From: Pseudomonadota bacterium
GTDB taxonomy: Bacteria > Bdellovibrionota_C > UBA2361 > OMII01
NCBI GenBank assembly: GCA_039799965.1
Contig: JBDLRS010000015.1
Coordinates: forward strand, 7,497 to 71,496
Direction of reading: 5' to 3'
DNA length: 64,000 nt
Part shown: in pieces, positions 1-9,244 of the stretch
How positions within the stretch are numbered: position 1 is the first letter of the stretch
How the letters are laid out: every line of letters starts with the position of its first letter
Notes under the pieces: generated by a model
Seen by the model: only the letters and a program-made list of their open reading frames with translations
The model's database searches: none
Told to the model about the DNA's origin: nothing
Program-made: the position numbers and the translations under genes

Positions 1-140
1 GACTCCTCCGCTAGCTAGCAAATGCACTCGATAACCGGACTTTACCTCCTCTCACAGCGAAGCAAAGGAAGGGTAGCTCGCCGTGGCGAAGCGAACGTGG
101 ACCCCAACGGGCCGGAATCGATACCGATATTCCAGATCCT

Positions 141-2123
141 CTAAAGCGTTACCTGCTGCACAAAGAGTTTTGTTCCTACTCTGGTCGCGCGCACTAGCGT
201 CATCTTGCCAACATCTTCCGGTATCGTGACCGAACCAGTTGATCCACTGCCGGCATGCGCGAGTTCAAGTACCTGTCCTGGCTTCGCGTGGATTCGAACC
301 ACCTGCGCGTTCTGGGGTAGGCTGCGCCAACTCCGAGTGTCCGCTTTCTCCGACGCGACGTTGTAAAGGCTCACCGCCGCGCCAGCCAATCCACCTCCAT
401 GCTTCGTCGCCATCGATGCCGCTGCGCCCTTAAGAGCGGCGCGCACTATCTGTCTGGTGAGCATGGCGGTCGCATCCTCCTCGAACGCCTTAACCGCCAA
501 CGCATCGATAGCGCAGATCAATTCAGACTCGGCGATCTTCTTGCCAGCAGATGTAACCACGAGCGGCTTCACTGGCTTCGGCGACGCGTTGAAGATCGGG
601 ATAGATACCGCGGTGCCCCCCTCAGCCCCCGGTATCGGTATCGGCACGGGAAAAGAGACCGCCTCTTTTTCAGGGACGAGACCGTCCTCAAAAAGGATTA
701 CGACCTCTTCCTTAGATGACTTTACCGCGGTCGCCGCGGAGAAGGTGGAGGGGAATCTTCCTCTAAATTTTGCGATATCCTCGGTCATGTTGAGAGATGT
801 TGCGAGCCGAGCTACGTCCCTCTGAATAACCTTATTTGTAGGAGCTATCTCAAGCGCTTTTTTATAATCGATGTAAGCGTCATTCGGTTCATTTCGCAGC
901 TCATGAACAACACCTGACATGTAAAAGGTATATGCATTCTGGAACGAGTTCTTAACCTGGCTGGCAATCTTCTTCGAATTACCGAACAGCTTCATAAAGC
1001 CGGGAAGGAGATCTGACATCTTGAAGCCCTGCTCATCCGCGTTCCGCTCAGCCTCAAGGATCTCATCCTCATGCGCCTTTAGGGCGAGCTCCTGTTCGGC
1101 GTTTGCCCTACGCACCTCTACGCCGGCGGCCTCGAGATCTCCCTTCATGAGGTAATTGAGCCCTTGAAAATGGTAGACCAGCACGCGCTCAAATCCCGCC
1201 GGCTCGTAGGAGATCATAGAATCATTGACGACGAGGGCAGCCGCGTGGGAACCGATCTCGCGTAGACTTACGGTCGCGCGCTCCTCGAACTCCTGTATCT
1301 CCTCAATACTCTCGTCAAATTCCGCAATGCTCCGATCTGCATCTCCGAGGATCTGAGCGATCCGCCCGCGCTCGGAGCGAGCTAAAGCTGCGTCGCCTCC
1401 ATCGGCGTTATCCTCCATAATGGAATCAACGTCGATCGACCGACCTTGGCCGACAGCGGCGATTACCGCAGGCATCTCAGATTCGATCCCTTCGACCTTG
1501 GTATCTGTGATCTGATTTTTGGGGTTGAGAGCGTCGTTGACCTTACCGAACCACTCGGAATAGACCTCTGGGTCTGTAATTTGCTGAGAGTTCACCGTAT
1601 AGATTCGGAGTCGCAGGTCGGAGGACTTGTTCTTGGGCCCAGCTTTCAGTTCTGATTCTATGGTGAAGGGCCTATTATGAAAATCATCTAACTGTGAACT
1701 GGATTCGATAGCAGCCGGGATAGCAAGCAGCGCACCGAGGTAGGGAATTCTCATCAGAGATGTCAGGGTGGACTGTTGCTCTAGGTTGTATTGGATAGGT
1801 AGTCGACAGGTCCCACCCGCGCCGTTTCGAAGATCCCGATCACTTGTTTTTGGGGGAACGGCTGATGGTAAGCTCATGTACAACGGTACGTATGGGGATA
1901 CCCCCTGGGAACCATATACCTGTCCCCCAGCATCTTTACACGCCGTTACGAAGGCATCTGAAACGCTAGTAGGCGCACTACTCAGCTTCCGGATCTGGAT
2001 CGCAGCGAGTTCAGAGGGGGTTGCATGTGTCTGTTGCCGATGACTACTACAGCTCACAAGTGATGTCACAACCACCAACACAACCAGAGGGGTAGCTACC
2101 TTTCCTGTAGGGCATTTCACCAT
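141..2123 (-). CDS. Hypothetical lipoprotein with a signal peptide and lipobox (LVSCSS), a central acidic and coiled region, and a TPR-like segment. The large C-terminal domain is conserved but uncharacterised.
   Basis: 660-aa ORF. The N-terminus MVKCPTGKVATPLVVLVVVTSLVSC is a lipoprotein signal. A TPR-like stretch reads ...AYIDYKKALEIAPTNK.... No catalytic motifs recognised. Confidence 0.45.
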   Translation of the reverse strand: MVKCPTGKVATPLVVLVVVTSLVSCSSHRQQTHATPSELAAIQIRKLSSAPTSVSDAFVTACKDAGGQVYGSQGVSPYVPLYMSLPSAVPPKTSDRDLRNGAGGTCRLPIQYNLEQQSTLTSLMRIPYLGALLAIPAAIESSSQLDDFHNRPFTIESELKAGPKNKSSDLRLRIYTVNSQQITDPEVYSEWFGKVNDALNPKNQITDTKVEGIESEMPAVIAAVGQGRSIDVDSIMEDNADGGDAALARSERGRIAQILGDADRSIAEFDESIEEIQEFEERATVSLREIGSHAAALVVNDSMISYEPAGFERVLVYHFQGLNYLMKGDLEAAGVEVRRANAEQELALKAHEDEILEAERNADEQGFKMSDLLPGFMKLFGNSKKIASQVKNSFQNAYTFYMSGVVHELRNEPNDAYIDYKKALEIAPTNKVIQRDVARLATSLNMTEDIAKFRGRFPSTFSAATAVKSSKEEVVILFEDGLVPEKEAVSFPVPIPIPGAEGGTAVSIPIFNASPKPVKPLVVTSAGKKIAESELICAIDALAVKAFEEDATAMLTRQIVRAALKGAAASMATKHGGGLAGAAVSLYNVASEKADTRSWRSLPQNAQVVRIHAKPGQVLELAHAGSGSTGSVTIPEDVGKMTLVRATRVGTKLFVQQVTL

Positions 2124-2264
2124 ATATTGACCCTGTTCGACGATAACCTCTGCGACGGGTATTATGAGCGAGCGGACCCATCATCGTTGACCTAGCACCC
2201 TACGGGATAACGGTCTAGTGTTTGAGCTTGCCAGCGCTAAGTGCGAAATGGCTCAAAATAAATG

Positions 2265-2498
2265 TTACCGAAATGAGGTGATCCCACCTGTTTGGAGATC
2301 CTGATAATTCCGGATCTGTTCGCGAATCTCAGTAGCACTGGAGGCTTCTTTTCGGGTCCAGTAGTCGTAGTATATTGGTGCACAATGATCAAGCATAGGA
2401 TTGTGAAATGCATCGTTAAAACTTCTTGTGTAGTTTGACTCTTTCAAGTCAATGGCTTGATCGCGAGCAACGCGAATCAATTTCCATTCCCTTTTCAC
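2265..2498 (-). CDS. Hypothetical protein, second half of the low-GC ORF pair.
   Basis: 77-aa ORF in the same orientation, overlapping the upstream ORF by 4 nt. No recognisable motifs. Confidence 0.25.
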   Translation of the reverse strand: MKREWKLIRVARDQAIDLKESNYTRSFNDAFHNPMLDHCAPIYYDYWTRKEASSATEIREQIRNYQDLQTGGITSFR

Positions 2499-2932
2499 AC
2501 TTCAAGTTCATTCGAGAGGGCTGCTTCCGGGATAGCACAAATCAGGTTATCGATGTCTAACATCATCCGCCTATACTCGTTTCCGGACTTGCTATATAAC
2601 TTAGGAAAGATCGCATCAATAAAAGCGTGATGTTGATCAGATTCAAGGCGTGTATCCAAGTGGGACTTCAAATGATGTTGGCATAGGAGAGCCGCCACAT
2701 CATACCGACTAAAACTCAAGGCCACCTCACGAGCCACGCCGCTAACCTCATAGTCTATGAGGTTAACACAATCAGCCAGTCGGGCGAAATTATCAGCCCG
2801 AGTCAGAACTAGCGGCTCTCTGTATCTTTGGGAAAAGGTACTGATAAGCTTACCAGTGAAGTCTTGGGCGCGCGTTATAGCATCCGCGTGGTGTAAGATC
2901 TGCTGAACCATCGAATTAGCGTAGCAATTCAC
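2495..2932 (-). CDS. Hypothetical protein in a low-GC islet. It forms an overlapping ORF pair with the ORF at 2265..2498 and may be a truncated or split acquired gene.
   Basis: 145-aa ORF. Local GC is visibly lower (about 45%) than the rest of the window. Its stop overlaps the start of the next ORF (ATGA). Confidence 0.3.
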   Translation of the reverse strand: MNCYANSMVQQILHHADAITRAQDFTGKLISTFSQRYREPLVLTRADNFARLADCVNLIDYEVSGVAREVALSFSRYDVAALLCQHHLKSHLDTRLESDQHHAFIDAIFPKLYSKSGNEYRRMMLDIDNLICAIPEAALSNELEV

Positions 2933-3264
2933 ACGATCCTACTCAAGGCGCTAGCCGGGAGCGCTTTCGGCACAGGGATGTATGCGGCCACTTTCTTTAC
3001 AGCCTACAAGAGCCGCTCTAAACTCGTGGCAGCAATACTGACTTCCGCGACTTCTATGCTCTACGAGCTGCAGCTGTTCGTGCAATCGTAGTGTATAACA
3101 CTAAACGAACTCACTTCTCGCTTGGGCTGAGAACCCAACAGGAGGTTCACAGCCAAGCGGCATAGGAGTACACACAAACAGGGAGGTAGGAGAGTTATCC
3201 ACATGTGGATTTCCCCCCGCGCCCCCCAATGACTACTGCTGTAGACATTGGTTAGGACGGGAGA

Positions 3265-3325
3265 CCACGTGAACGTGGACGAGCACGTTCACGTCGGGAT
3301 TAACTCGATTTCACGAAGACCCAAT
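3265..3325. repeat. Conserved roughly 60-nt element with a 12-bp hairpin (CACGTGAACGTG-N6-CACGTTCACGTC). It is followed by CGGGATTAAC and CTCGATTTCACGAAGACCCAAT. This is copy 1 of 2.
   Basis: Direct sequence match to 56279..56358 for both the core CACGAGCACGTTCACG.CGGGAT(T)AAC and the box CTCGATTTCACGAAGACC(C)AAT. The element lies just 3' of a gene. Confidence 0.45.
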
Positions 3326-4114
3326 CGTAATATGCGATCCAGTTCGTGGCTTCTTGTACGTGTGCCACGCCGATCCTCCACGCTGGAAGATCTCCCAGTA
3401 CTTTCTGTCGTGTCCGCTCGATCCAGGAGAGAACGCGATATCTCCCTCCTGAACGTTGAAGCTTCCCGCCGCGACGGTCGCTGCCATCTCAACATCGTTG
3501 ATTGCGATGCGAACGCGCTGCCCTGGCTCGAGGTTGGCGATTAAAGGGTCTCCATCTCTTAGTGTGGTTTTCAAGTTGCCGAAGGAGTCGACGTACCCGA
3601 TTGCGGATGTTGGTGGCGGAGCGACAACCTTCATGGGATCGAGACGCTCGATGAGGAAGTCGTTCTCACCACGGGCAGCCATGCCGACGAGCTTAGGAAA
3701 GTTGTCCCGCGAGCGGAATTGAGAGCCCCCCACATCTACCTTAATCGCCCAGAGCTCCTTGAGCTCTTCGCGCACGAAGGAGAGGGAGAAGCCGGAATTA
3801 ACGGCCATGATTCCAACGCCGCTGTTCAGGATCCCGTAGAGAAAACCTTCTCCCTCATTATTGGTGCGAGCCTCACGCCGGTCCTTGCGAGGGGCGCAGT
3901 TGGCGTAAATAAGGGTGTCCTTGGGTCGTCGGGCCTCGGATTGATTGCCGAGCTGGGCGACCACGAAGCCGGTAGAAACGGTGTCGAAGCTGTTCACCGA
4001 GGTGATATGCCAGTGGTAATCGGCCGGGATCTGGGCGGCAAGAGCCGACACCACCTCTGCGCACGCCAGGTCCCCGGGGGCATAGTCCATAACAAGATGA
4101 ATGAGCTTTTGCAT
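3311..4114 (-). CDS. SAM hydroxide adenosyltransferase family (DUF62; SAM_HAT N and C domains) -like protein.
   Basis: The C-terminal motif IGYVDSFGNLKTTL...GDIAFSPGSSG resembles the DUF62 C-domain (v.yiD.FGNl.TNi ... GS.G). The N-terminal DYAPGDLACAEV loosely matches DFGl.D.YvG.mKGV. An internal ATG at 4114 with GGGAG 5 nt upstream is preferred over the TTG at 4144. Confidence 0.45.
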   Translation of the reverse strand: MQKLIHLVMDYAPGDLACAEVVSALAAQIPADYHWHITSVNSFDTVSTGFVVAQLGNQSEARRPKDTLIYANCAPRKDRREARTNNEGEGFLYGILNSGVGIMAVNSGFSLSFVREELKELWAIKVDVGGSQFRSRDNFPKLVGMAARGENDFLIERLDPMKVVAPPPTSAIGYVDSFGNLKTTLRDGDPLIANLEPGQRVRIAINDVEMAATVAAGSFNVQEGDIAFSPGSSGHDRKYWEIFQRGGSAWHTYKKPRTGSHITIGSS

Positions 4115-4451
4115 ATAACTCCCTATAATTGCTACTAAAGTCAATCGGTACCTCCACCTAATCCCGAGGGAAAAAGAGCCCTAAAAGGTGTAGGAATACG
4201 TGCTGAGCGCCGAAAACTTATCGTATTTTATCAGCTCCTCAATCCTTAGTCTCATCCAAGAAGCAGGGAATGTGAGGAAAAGAGGGGGGAGAGTTGGCAG
4301 TACAGGGTCAAAGGTGCTATACCGAGACGCTAACTTATCGCACCCGCATCGGTCTTAGTGCTTGAGGGCGAAAGGTAATGTCCAAAGATAGGACGACCTT
4401 TTGCGCTCAGTATATCGGGCGGGGAGGTCAAACTAAGACGTAAAGGATAGA

Positions 4452-5303
4452 ATGAGTACGAAGAATACCGCTACAGCTACGCCTGCGGCTATCGAGCCAG
4501 GCACCCCAGTAACCATCCGCACCCTGATGGATGCCGGCGCGCACTACGGTCATCAGACACAGCGTTGGAACCCAAAGATGCTTCCTTATATTTATGGTGC
4601 TCGCAATGGTGTTCACATCATCAACCTCGATCTCACCCTCAAGAAGTGGGAGGTGGCTCGCAAGTACATCGTTGACCGTGTCGCTCTCGGAGGAAACGTT
4701 CTCTTCGTAGCTACGAAGCAACAGGCCAAGGAGATCGTAAAGGAAGAGGCTTCACGATGTGGAGCTTTCTACATCGCTTCCCGATGGCTCGGTGGTTGCT
4801 TGAGCAACTTCCAGACGATTAAGAATTCGATTGAGCGGATGCGCAAGATGGAGAACCTCCTTGCGGAGTCAGCTCAGGAAGGCTCCAAGATTCGAATCAC
4901 CAAGAAGGAGCGTCTCGACATCAGCCGTCAGGTTGAGAAACTTGAGGCTAACCTTGGTGGTATCCGCAATATGAAGAAGGTTCCAGATGTAATCTTCCTT
5001 GTTGACGTTGTGAAGGAGCAGATCGCGATAGCTGAGGCTAATCGACTTCATATCCCGGTTGTAGCGCTCGTTGATACGAACGCCGATCCAGGAGCTGTAA
5101 ATTTCCCGATCCCATCAAACGACGATGCGGCGCGTACCTTGAAGCTCTTCCTCTCGGCGGCTGCTGATGCTGTCCTTGAAGGGCGCGCGATCTACAAGGC
5201 TCGTGTGCCAGGTAGCGACCAACAAAATGGCGTAGACGCTGGAAAGCGCGCTGAGGCCAAGCTCGTTGGTAACGTAACCGAGGGTGGAGCTGCCGTAGCG
5301 TAA
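4452..5303 (+). CDS. rpsB: 30S ribosomal protein S2, with N- and C-terminal extensions.
   Basis: The motifs DAGAHYGHQTQRWNPKM and the S2 core are present. Synteny with tsf. Confidence 0.95.
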   Translation: MSTKNTATATPAAIEPGTPVTIRTLMDAGAHYGHQTQRWNPKMLPYIYGARNGVHIINLDLTLKKWEVARKYIVDRVALGGNVLFVATKQQAKEIVKEEASRCGAFYIASRWLGGCLSNFQTIKNSIERMRKMENLLAESAQEGSKIRITKKERLDISRQVEKLEANLGGIRNMKKVPDVIFLVDVVKEQIAIAEANRLHIPVVALVDTNADPGAVNFPIPSNDDAARTLKLFLSAAADAVLEGRAIYKARVPGSDQQNGVDAGKRAEAKLVGNVTEGGAAVA

Positions 5304-5409
5304 GCTGCCGCTCCACATCCGCGCGCACCATCGCTTCGGTTTTACTGAAGTGAGGTGCGCGCGGCTATGTGACCTATAGTTTTTTATTCAAACCAAGATA
5401 GGAGAGAGT

Positions 5410-6063
5410 ATGTCTGCGATTACCAGTGACATGATTAAGAAGCTTCGTGAGATGACCGGGGCTGGAATGATGGACTGCAAGGGCGCCTTAACCGAGGCTG
5501 AGGGATCTATCGAGAAGGCTATTGAGATACTTCGTAAGAAGGGCCTCAAGGATATCGAGAAGCGTTCCGGAAAGACCGCTGCCGAGGGCACTCTCGGGGT
5601 GTACATCCACCCAGGAGATCAAGTTGTGTCCGTGGTAGAGCTCAACTGCGAGACCGACTTCGTTGGTCGTGGAGACGAGTTTCGTCAGTTGGCTAAGGAC
5701 CTCGCTATGCACGTCGCGGCTATGAAGCCTCGTTACCTCACCGTTGAGGAAGTTCCAGAGCAGATCCTTGAGAAGGAAAAAGAGATACTCATTGACCAGC
5801 TTAACGATGAACAAAAGAAGAAGGCTAACATCATCCTTCCGGGCAAGATTGAGAAGTTCCTTGAGGCCGTTGTCCTCATGAATCAGATCTACATCAAAGA
5901 TGAGACCGAGTCGAAGACGATTAAGGCCCTTATCGATGACATGAGCATGCGATGTGGTGAGAAGGTAACAGTTCGACGCTTTAGCCGACTTGAGGTGGGT
6001 GAGGGCGTGGAGAAGGTTGCTGGAAACCTCGCTGAAGACGTTGCAGCGATGGTGGGTAAGTAA
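5410..6063 (+). CDS. tsf: Elongation factor Ts (short form, 217 aa).
   Basis: The N-terminal ITSDMIKKLREMTGAGMMDCKGALTEAEG UBA-like motif is typical of EF-Ts. The gene sits downstream of rpsB. Confidence 0.9.
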   Translation: MSAITSDMIKKLREMTGAGMMDCKGALTEAEGSIEKAIEILRKKGLKDIEKRSGKTAAEGTLGVYIHPGDQVVSVVELNCETDFVGRGDEFRQLAKDLAMHVAAMKPRYLTVEEVPEQILEKEKEILIDQLNDEQKKKANIILPGKIEKFLEAVVLMNQIYIKDETESKTIKALIDDMSMRCGEKVTVRRFSRLEVGEGVEKVAGNLAEDVAAMVGK

Positions 6064-6216
6064 TAACCACCAAGGCGCGGCAGTCTTCATCTTGTAGAAG
6101 GATGATGACTGCCGATGTCGCCGTCGTATCGGTTTCCGACGGGGATATACGGGAGCGATCGTAGTGATGCTCCCGAGAAACCGATCACTTTCGAGCGCTA
6201 CATCTCCGGAGAATCC

Positions 6217-6933
6217 ATGACCAACGTGAAGTATAAGCGAATCCTTCTGAAGCTGAGTGGCGAGATCCTTGGTGGTGAGAAGGGGACTGGAATCGAGTCC
6301 TCCATCATCAACGCGCTTGTTAGCCAGATTCGTGAGGTGACACAGCTTGGCGTTGAGGTCGGAGTCGTTATCGGGGGAGGTAATATCTTCCGCGGTGTGC
6401 AGGCGGGTTCCCAGGGACTCGATAGAGTAACCGGCGACTACATGGGAATGTTGGCGACCGCCATCAACGCACTCGCCCTTCAAGATCGCCTTGAGGCTGA
6501 AGGGGTATACACCCGAGTGCTCTCCGCTATTGAGATGAAGGAGATCTCAGAGCCTTACATCAAGCGCCGCGCGACGAGACACCTTGAGAAAGGGCGTGTT
6601 GTTATCTTCGCGTGTGGAACAGGGAATCCATTCTTCACCACTGATACCGCCGCCAGCCTCCGCGCTATGGAGGTTGGGGCCGAGATCCTTCTTAAGGGAA
6701 CGAAGGTCGATGCGGTATACGATTCAGACCCCAAGAAAAACCCTAACGCAAAGCCGTTCGGGAAGATCACCTTCATGGATGTCCTACAGAAGGGCTTGAA
6801 GGTGATGGATGCAGCGGCGATCTCGCTGTGTATGGAAAACAATCTTCCGATCGTGGTGTTTAACGTGGGAGTCGAGGGGAACCTTAAACGGATCGTTTGT
6901 GGCGATGTCGTGGGAACCCTCGTTGAAGGATAA
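6217..6933 (+). CDS. pyrH: UMP kinase.
   Basis: [12 protein letters not shown]...GGGNIFRG are amino-acid kinase motifs. The start is chosen at ATG 6217 with an upstream GGAGA. The track ORF begins at 6115. Confidence 0.9.
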   Translation: MTNVKYKRILLKLSGEILGGEKGTGIESSIINALVSQIREVTQLGVEVGVVIGGGNIFRGVQAGSQGLDRVTGDYMGMLATAINALALQDRLEAEGVYTRVLSAIEMKEISEPYIKRRATRHLEKGRVVIFACGTGNPFFTTDTAASLRAMEVGAEILLKGTKVDAVYDSDPKKNPNAKPFGKITFMDVLQKGLKVMDAAAISLCMENNLPIVVFNVGVEGNLKRIVCGDVVGTLVEG

Positions 6934-6965
6934 GGCATTCAAACGATTGAACTGGAGGATATGGT

Positions 6966-7520
6966 ATGAGTGGTAAATTTGACGCATACAAAGCCAACTG
7001 CGCTAAGGGACTTGAGCACTTCAAGAAGGAACTTGGTCGTCTCCGTTCAGGACGAGCGACTCCACAGCTCCTTGAGACCGTACAGGTGGACTACTACGGT
7101 TCGCGTTGTCCTATTCAGCAGCTCGGGATGGTTTCGGCTCCAGAGCCTCGGATGCTTACCATTCAGGTGTACGACGCGGGTGCTGTTGAGGCGATTGAGA
7201 AGGCGATTCAACAGTCAGAGCTTGGCTTGAATCCATCTCGTGAGGGATCTCTTATCCGAGTTGTTATCCCGGCTCTGAATGAAGAGCGTCGCAAGGACCT
7301 TATCAAGAAGGTTGGAAAGATGTCGGAGGAGGCCAAGGTCGCTCTCCGTAATCTTCGCCGTGATGAGGTGGAGAACGTAAAGAAGCAGGTCAAGAGCAAG
7401 GAGATCTCCGAGGATGATTCTCGCCGCGCTCAGGATGAGATCCAAAAGATCCTCGATAAGGTGATCGCTGAGGTGGACACCGCCGCATCCGCAAAGGAGA
7501 AGGAGTTGATGGAGGTTTGA
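6966..7520 (+). CDS. frr: Ribosome recycling factor.
   Basis: 184 aa, typical RRF length and sequence. Conserved position after pyrH. Confidence 0.9.
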   Translation: MSGKFDAYKANCAKGLEHFKKELGRLRSGRATPQLLETVQVDYYGSRCPIQQLGMVSAPEPRMLTIQVYDAGAVEAIEKAIQQSELGLNPSREGSLIRVVIPALNEERRKDLIKKVGKMSEEAKVALRNLRRDEVENVKKQVKSKEISEDDSRRAQDEIQKILDKVIAEVDTAASAKEKELMEV

Positions 7521-7550
7521 CCTCCCCCCAGATTAACGATATCCAAAAAA

Positions 7551-8336
7551 ATGACCATGGAGAGCGAATCAGTAGTAGCACGGGTGAAGGAGGGGGACTC
7601 AGCGCGAACCGCGCTAAAGGTAATCCCTGCGCACGTCGCTATTATCATGGATGGCAACGGTCGGTGGGCGAAGAAGCGGTTCCTTCCCCGTGTGGAGGGG
7701 CATCGTAACGGCGCCAAGAGCGTTCGCTCAACGGTTGAAGAGGCGCGGCGCCTCGGCGTTCGGTATTTGACCCTCTTTGCCTTTTCCACTGAGAACTGGC
7801 AGCGGCCAACCGATGAGGTCGGCGGTTTGATGCAGCTGTTCTTGCGTCATCTTGAGTCGGAGCTTGAGGTGCTTTTAAAAAACGGTGTGCGACTCCGCGC
7901 GATGGGTGACATCGCTCGATTGCCACAGTCCGTTCAGGATCTCTTGCATCGAAACGAGGAGAAGACCAAGCACCTCGACGGGATGGACCTCATTCTGGCA
8001 GTTTCTTACGGCGGGCGGGATGAGGTAGTACAGGCGATGAAGAAGATTGGCCGTGCTATCAAAGCCGGCGAGGTTGATCCAGATTCGGTTACCGAGGAGA
8101 TGGTGTCGCGTTCCCTTTACCTTCCTGATGTTCCGGATCCTGAACTTCTCATTCGCACGAGTGATGAGAACCGCATCTCGAACTTCTTGTTATGGCAGTT
8201 GGCCTACGCGGAGATAGTGGTAACTCCCGTGCTCTGGCCTGATTTTACGACTGATGAGTTTCACAGGTGTCTCCATGTCTTTGCAGGACGCAATCGTAGG
8301 TTCGGACGAACTCAAGAGCAGATCGACGGGAAGTAA
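7551..8336 (+). CDS. uppS: Undecaprenyl diphosphate synthase (cis-prenyltransferase).
   Basis: HVAIIMDGNGRWA...ENW..P are UPP synthase signature regions. Located next to frr and cdsA. Confidence 0.9.
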   Translation: MTMESESVVARVKEGDSARTALKVIPAHVAIIMDGNGRWAKKRFLPRVEGHRNGAKSVRSTVEEARRLGVRYLTLFAFSTENWQRPTDEVGGLMQLFLRHLESELEVLLKNGVRLRAMGDIARLPQSVQDLLHRNEEKTKHLDGMDLILAVSYGGRDEVVQAMKKIGRAIKAGEVDPDSVTEEMVSRSLYLPDVPDPELLIRTSDENRISNFLLWQLAYAEIVVTPVLWPDFTTDEFHRCLHVFAGRNRRFGRTQEQIDGK

Positions 8337-9243
8337 TCCGTTTCTCTCAGCCTTCCGATTTGATCATACCGGTTCGTTAAAGGACCGACTTCTTACCGCG
8401 CTTATCGTTCTCGCTATCGCGGTCGCGCTCACCATTATCGCGTTAGTTATGCCACATGGGCGGATTCTCGCGGTCGCGTGGGCCGGCTGTGTCGCTGTGT
8501 TCTCAGCCTTTGAGGTAGCTCGTCTCTTTGCTCGCGACGCGGTAACCTCCGCCTATCGCAAGGGGTGGGGGACCGTTCACTTCGCGGTCATTGCGCTTCC
8601 GGCGCTTGTGGCTACGGTTGTCGGCACCCAAGCGGTTGTTAATTGCACGCTTAACTGGAAGCTCCTCTTTATCTCCATAGTCGCCAGCGCGCAGATCCTT
8701 ATGATCCTCCAAACAATCGCAGGGCGAATCTGCCTTGAGGATGGCTCCCGTCACGCGCAGAGCTTCGCTCCAGCATTTCTGCTTGTTGGAATCTGCGCGC
8801 CGCAGCTTATCGTTATCGCTTCGCTGCCGGCGGGAGTGCACCTTGTGTGGTGGCTTGTGGGCGTTGTTGCTCTGAACGACGCAGGGGCATACTTCGCTGG
8901 GAGGTATCTGGGAAAAAACAAGATGGCTCCCGCGCTCTCTCCGAATAAGACGATTGAGGGTAGTGTCGCCGGATTCGGTATCGGGATCCTCGCTGGGATC
9001 GGGTTGGGGCACCTTATCCTCGGGGAAATGTTAAGCACCGTATCTCTCACATTCGTGTCCTTACTTGTCGTTATCTCAGCGCAGGCGGCCGATCTCTCTA
9101 AGTCATACCTCAAGCGACTTCGCGGCTTGAAGGACACCGGCGCCTTCTTCCCTGGTCATGGTGGTGTGCTCGATCGGTTTGATGGAGTGATCGGCGCTGC
9201 GCCCGCCGTCGTCCTGACCCTCTTGCTTCTCGGGGCGCTGTAA
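8254..9243 (+). CDS. cdsA: Phosphatidate cytidylyltransferase (CDP-diglyceride synthase).
   Basis: Multi-TM protein with a C-terminal ...KRL.G.KD.G...PGHGG.LDR.D motif. The start is uncertain because the annotated ORF overlaps uppS by 83 nt, and no in-frame start lies closer to the conserved TM core. Confidence 0.8.
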   Translation: MSFTGVSMSLQDAIVGSDELKSRSTGSNPFLSAFRFDHTGSLKDRLLTALIVLAIAVALTIIALVMPHGRILAVAWAGCVAVFSAFEVARLFARDAVTSAYRKGWGTVHFAVIALPALVATVVGTQAVVNCTLNWKLLFISIVASAQILMILQTIAGRICLEDGSRHAQSFAPAFLLVGICAPQLIVIASLPAGVHLVWWLVGVVALNDAGAYFAGRYLGKNKMAPALSPNKTIEGSVAGFGIGILAGIGLGHLILGEMLSTVSLTFVSLLVVISAQAADLSKSYLKRLRGLKDTGAFFPGHGGVLDRFDGVIGAAPAVVLTLLLLGAL

Positions 9244-9244
9244 G

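Noticed and set aside
281-295. GGATTCGAACC, a tRNA T-arm-like motif.
   Set aside because: It lies inside the coding region of the 660-aa lipoprotein gene, and no acceptor or anticodon arms can be built around it.
3248-4138. Three + strand ORFs (3248..3544, 3456..3722, 3719..4138) opposite the DUF62-like gene.
   Set aside because: They tile antisense to a gene with a recognisable conserved C-terminal domain. No motifs.
5488-6483. 331-aa minus-strand ORF spanning tsf and pyrH.
   Set aside because: It overlaps two conserved housekeeping genes on the opposite strand and has no independent support.
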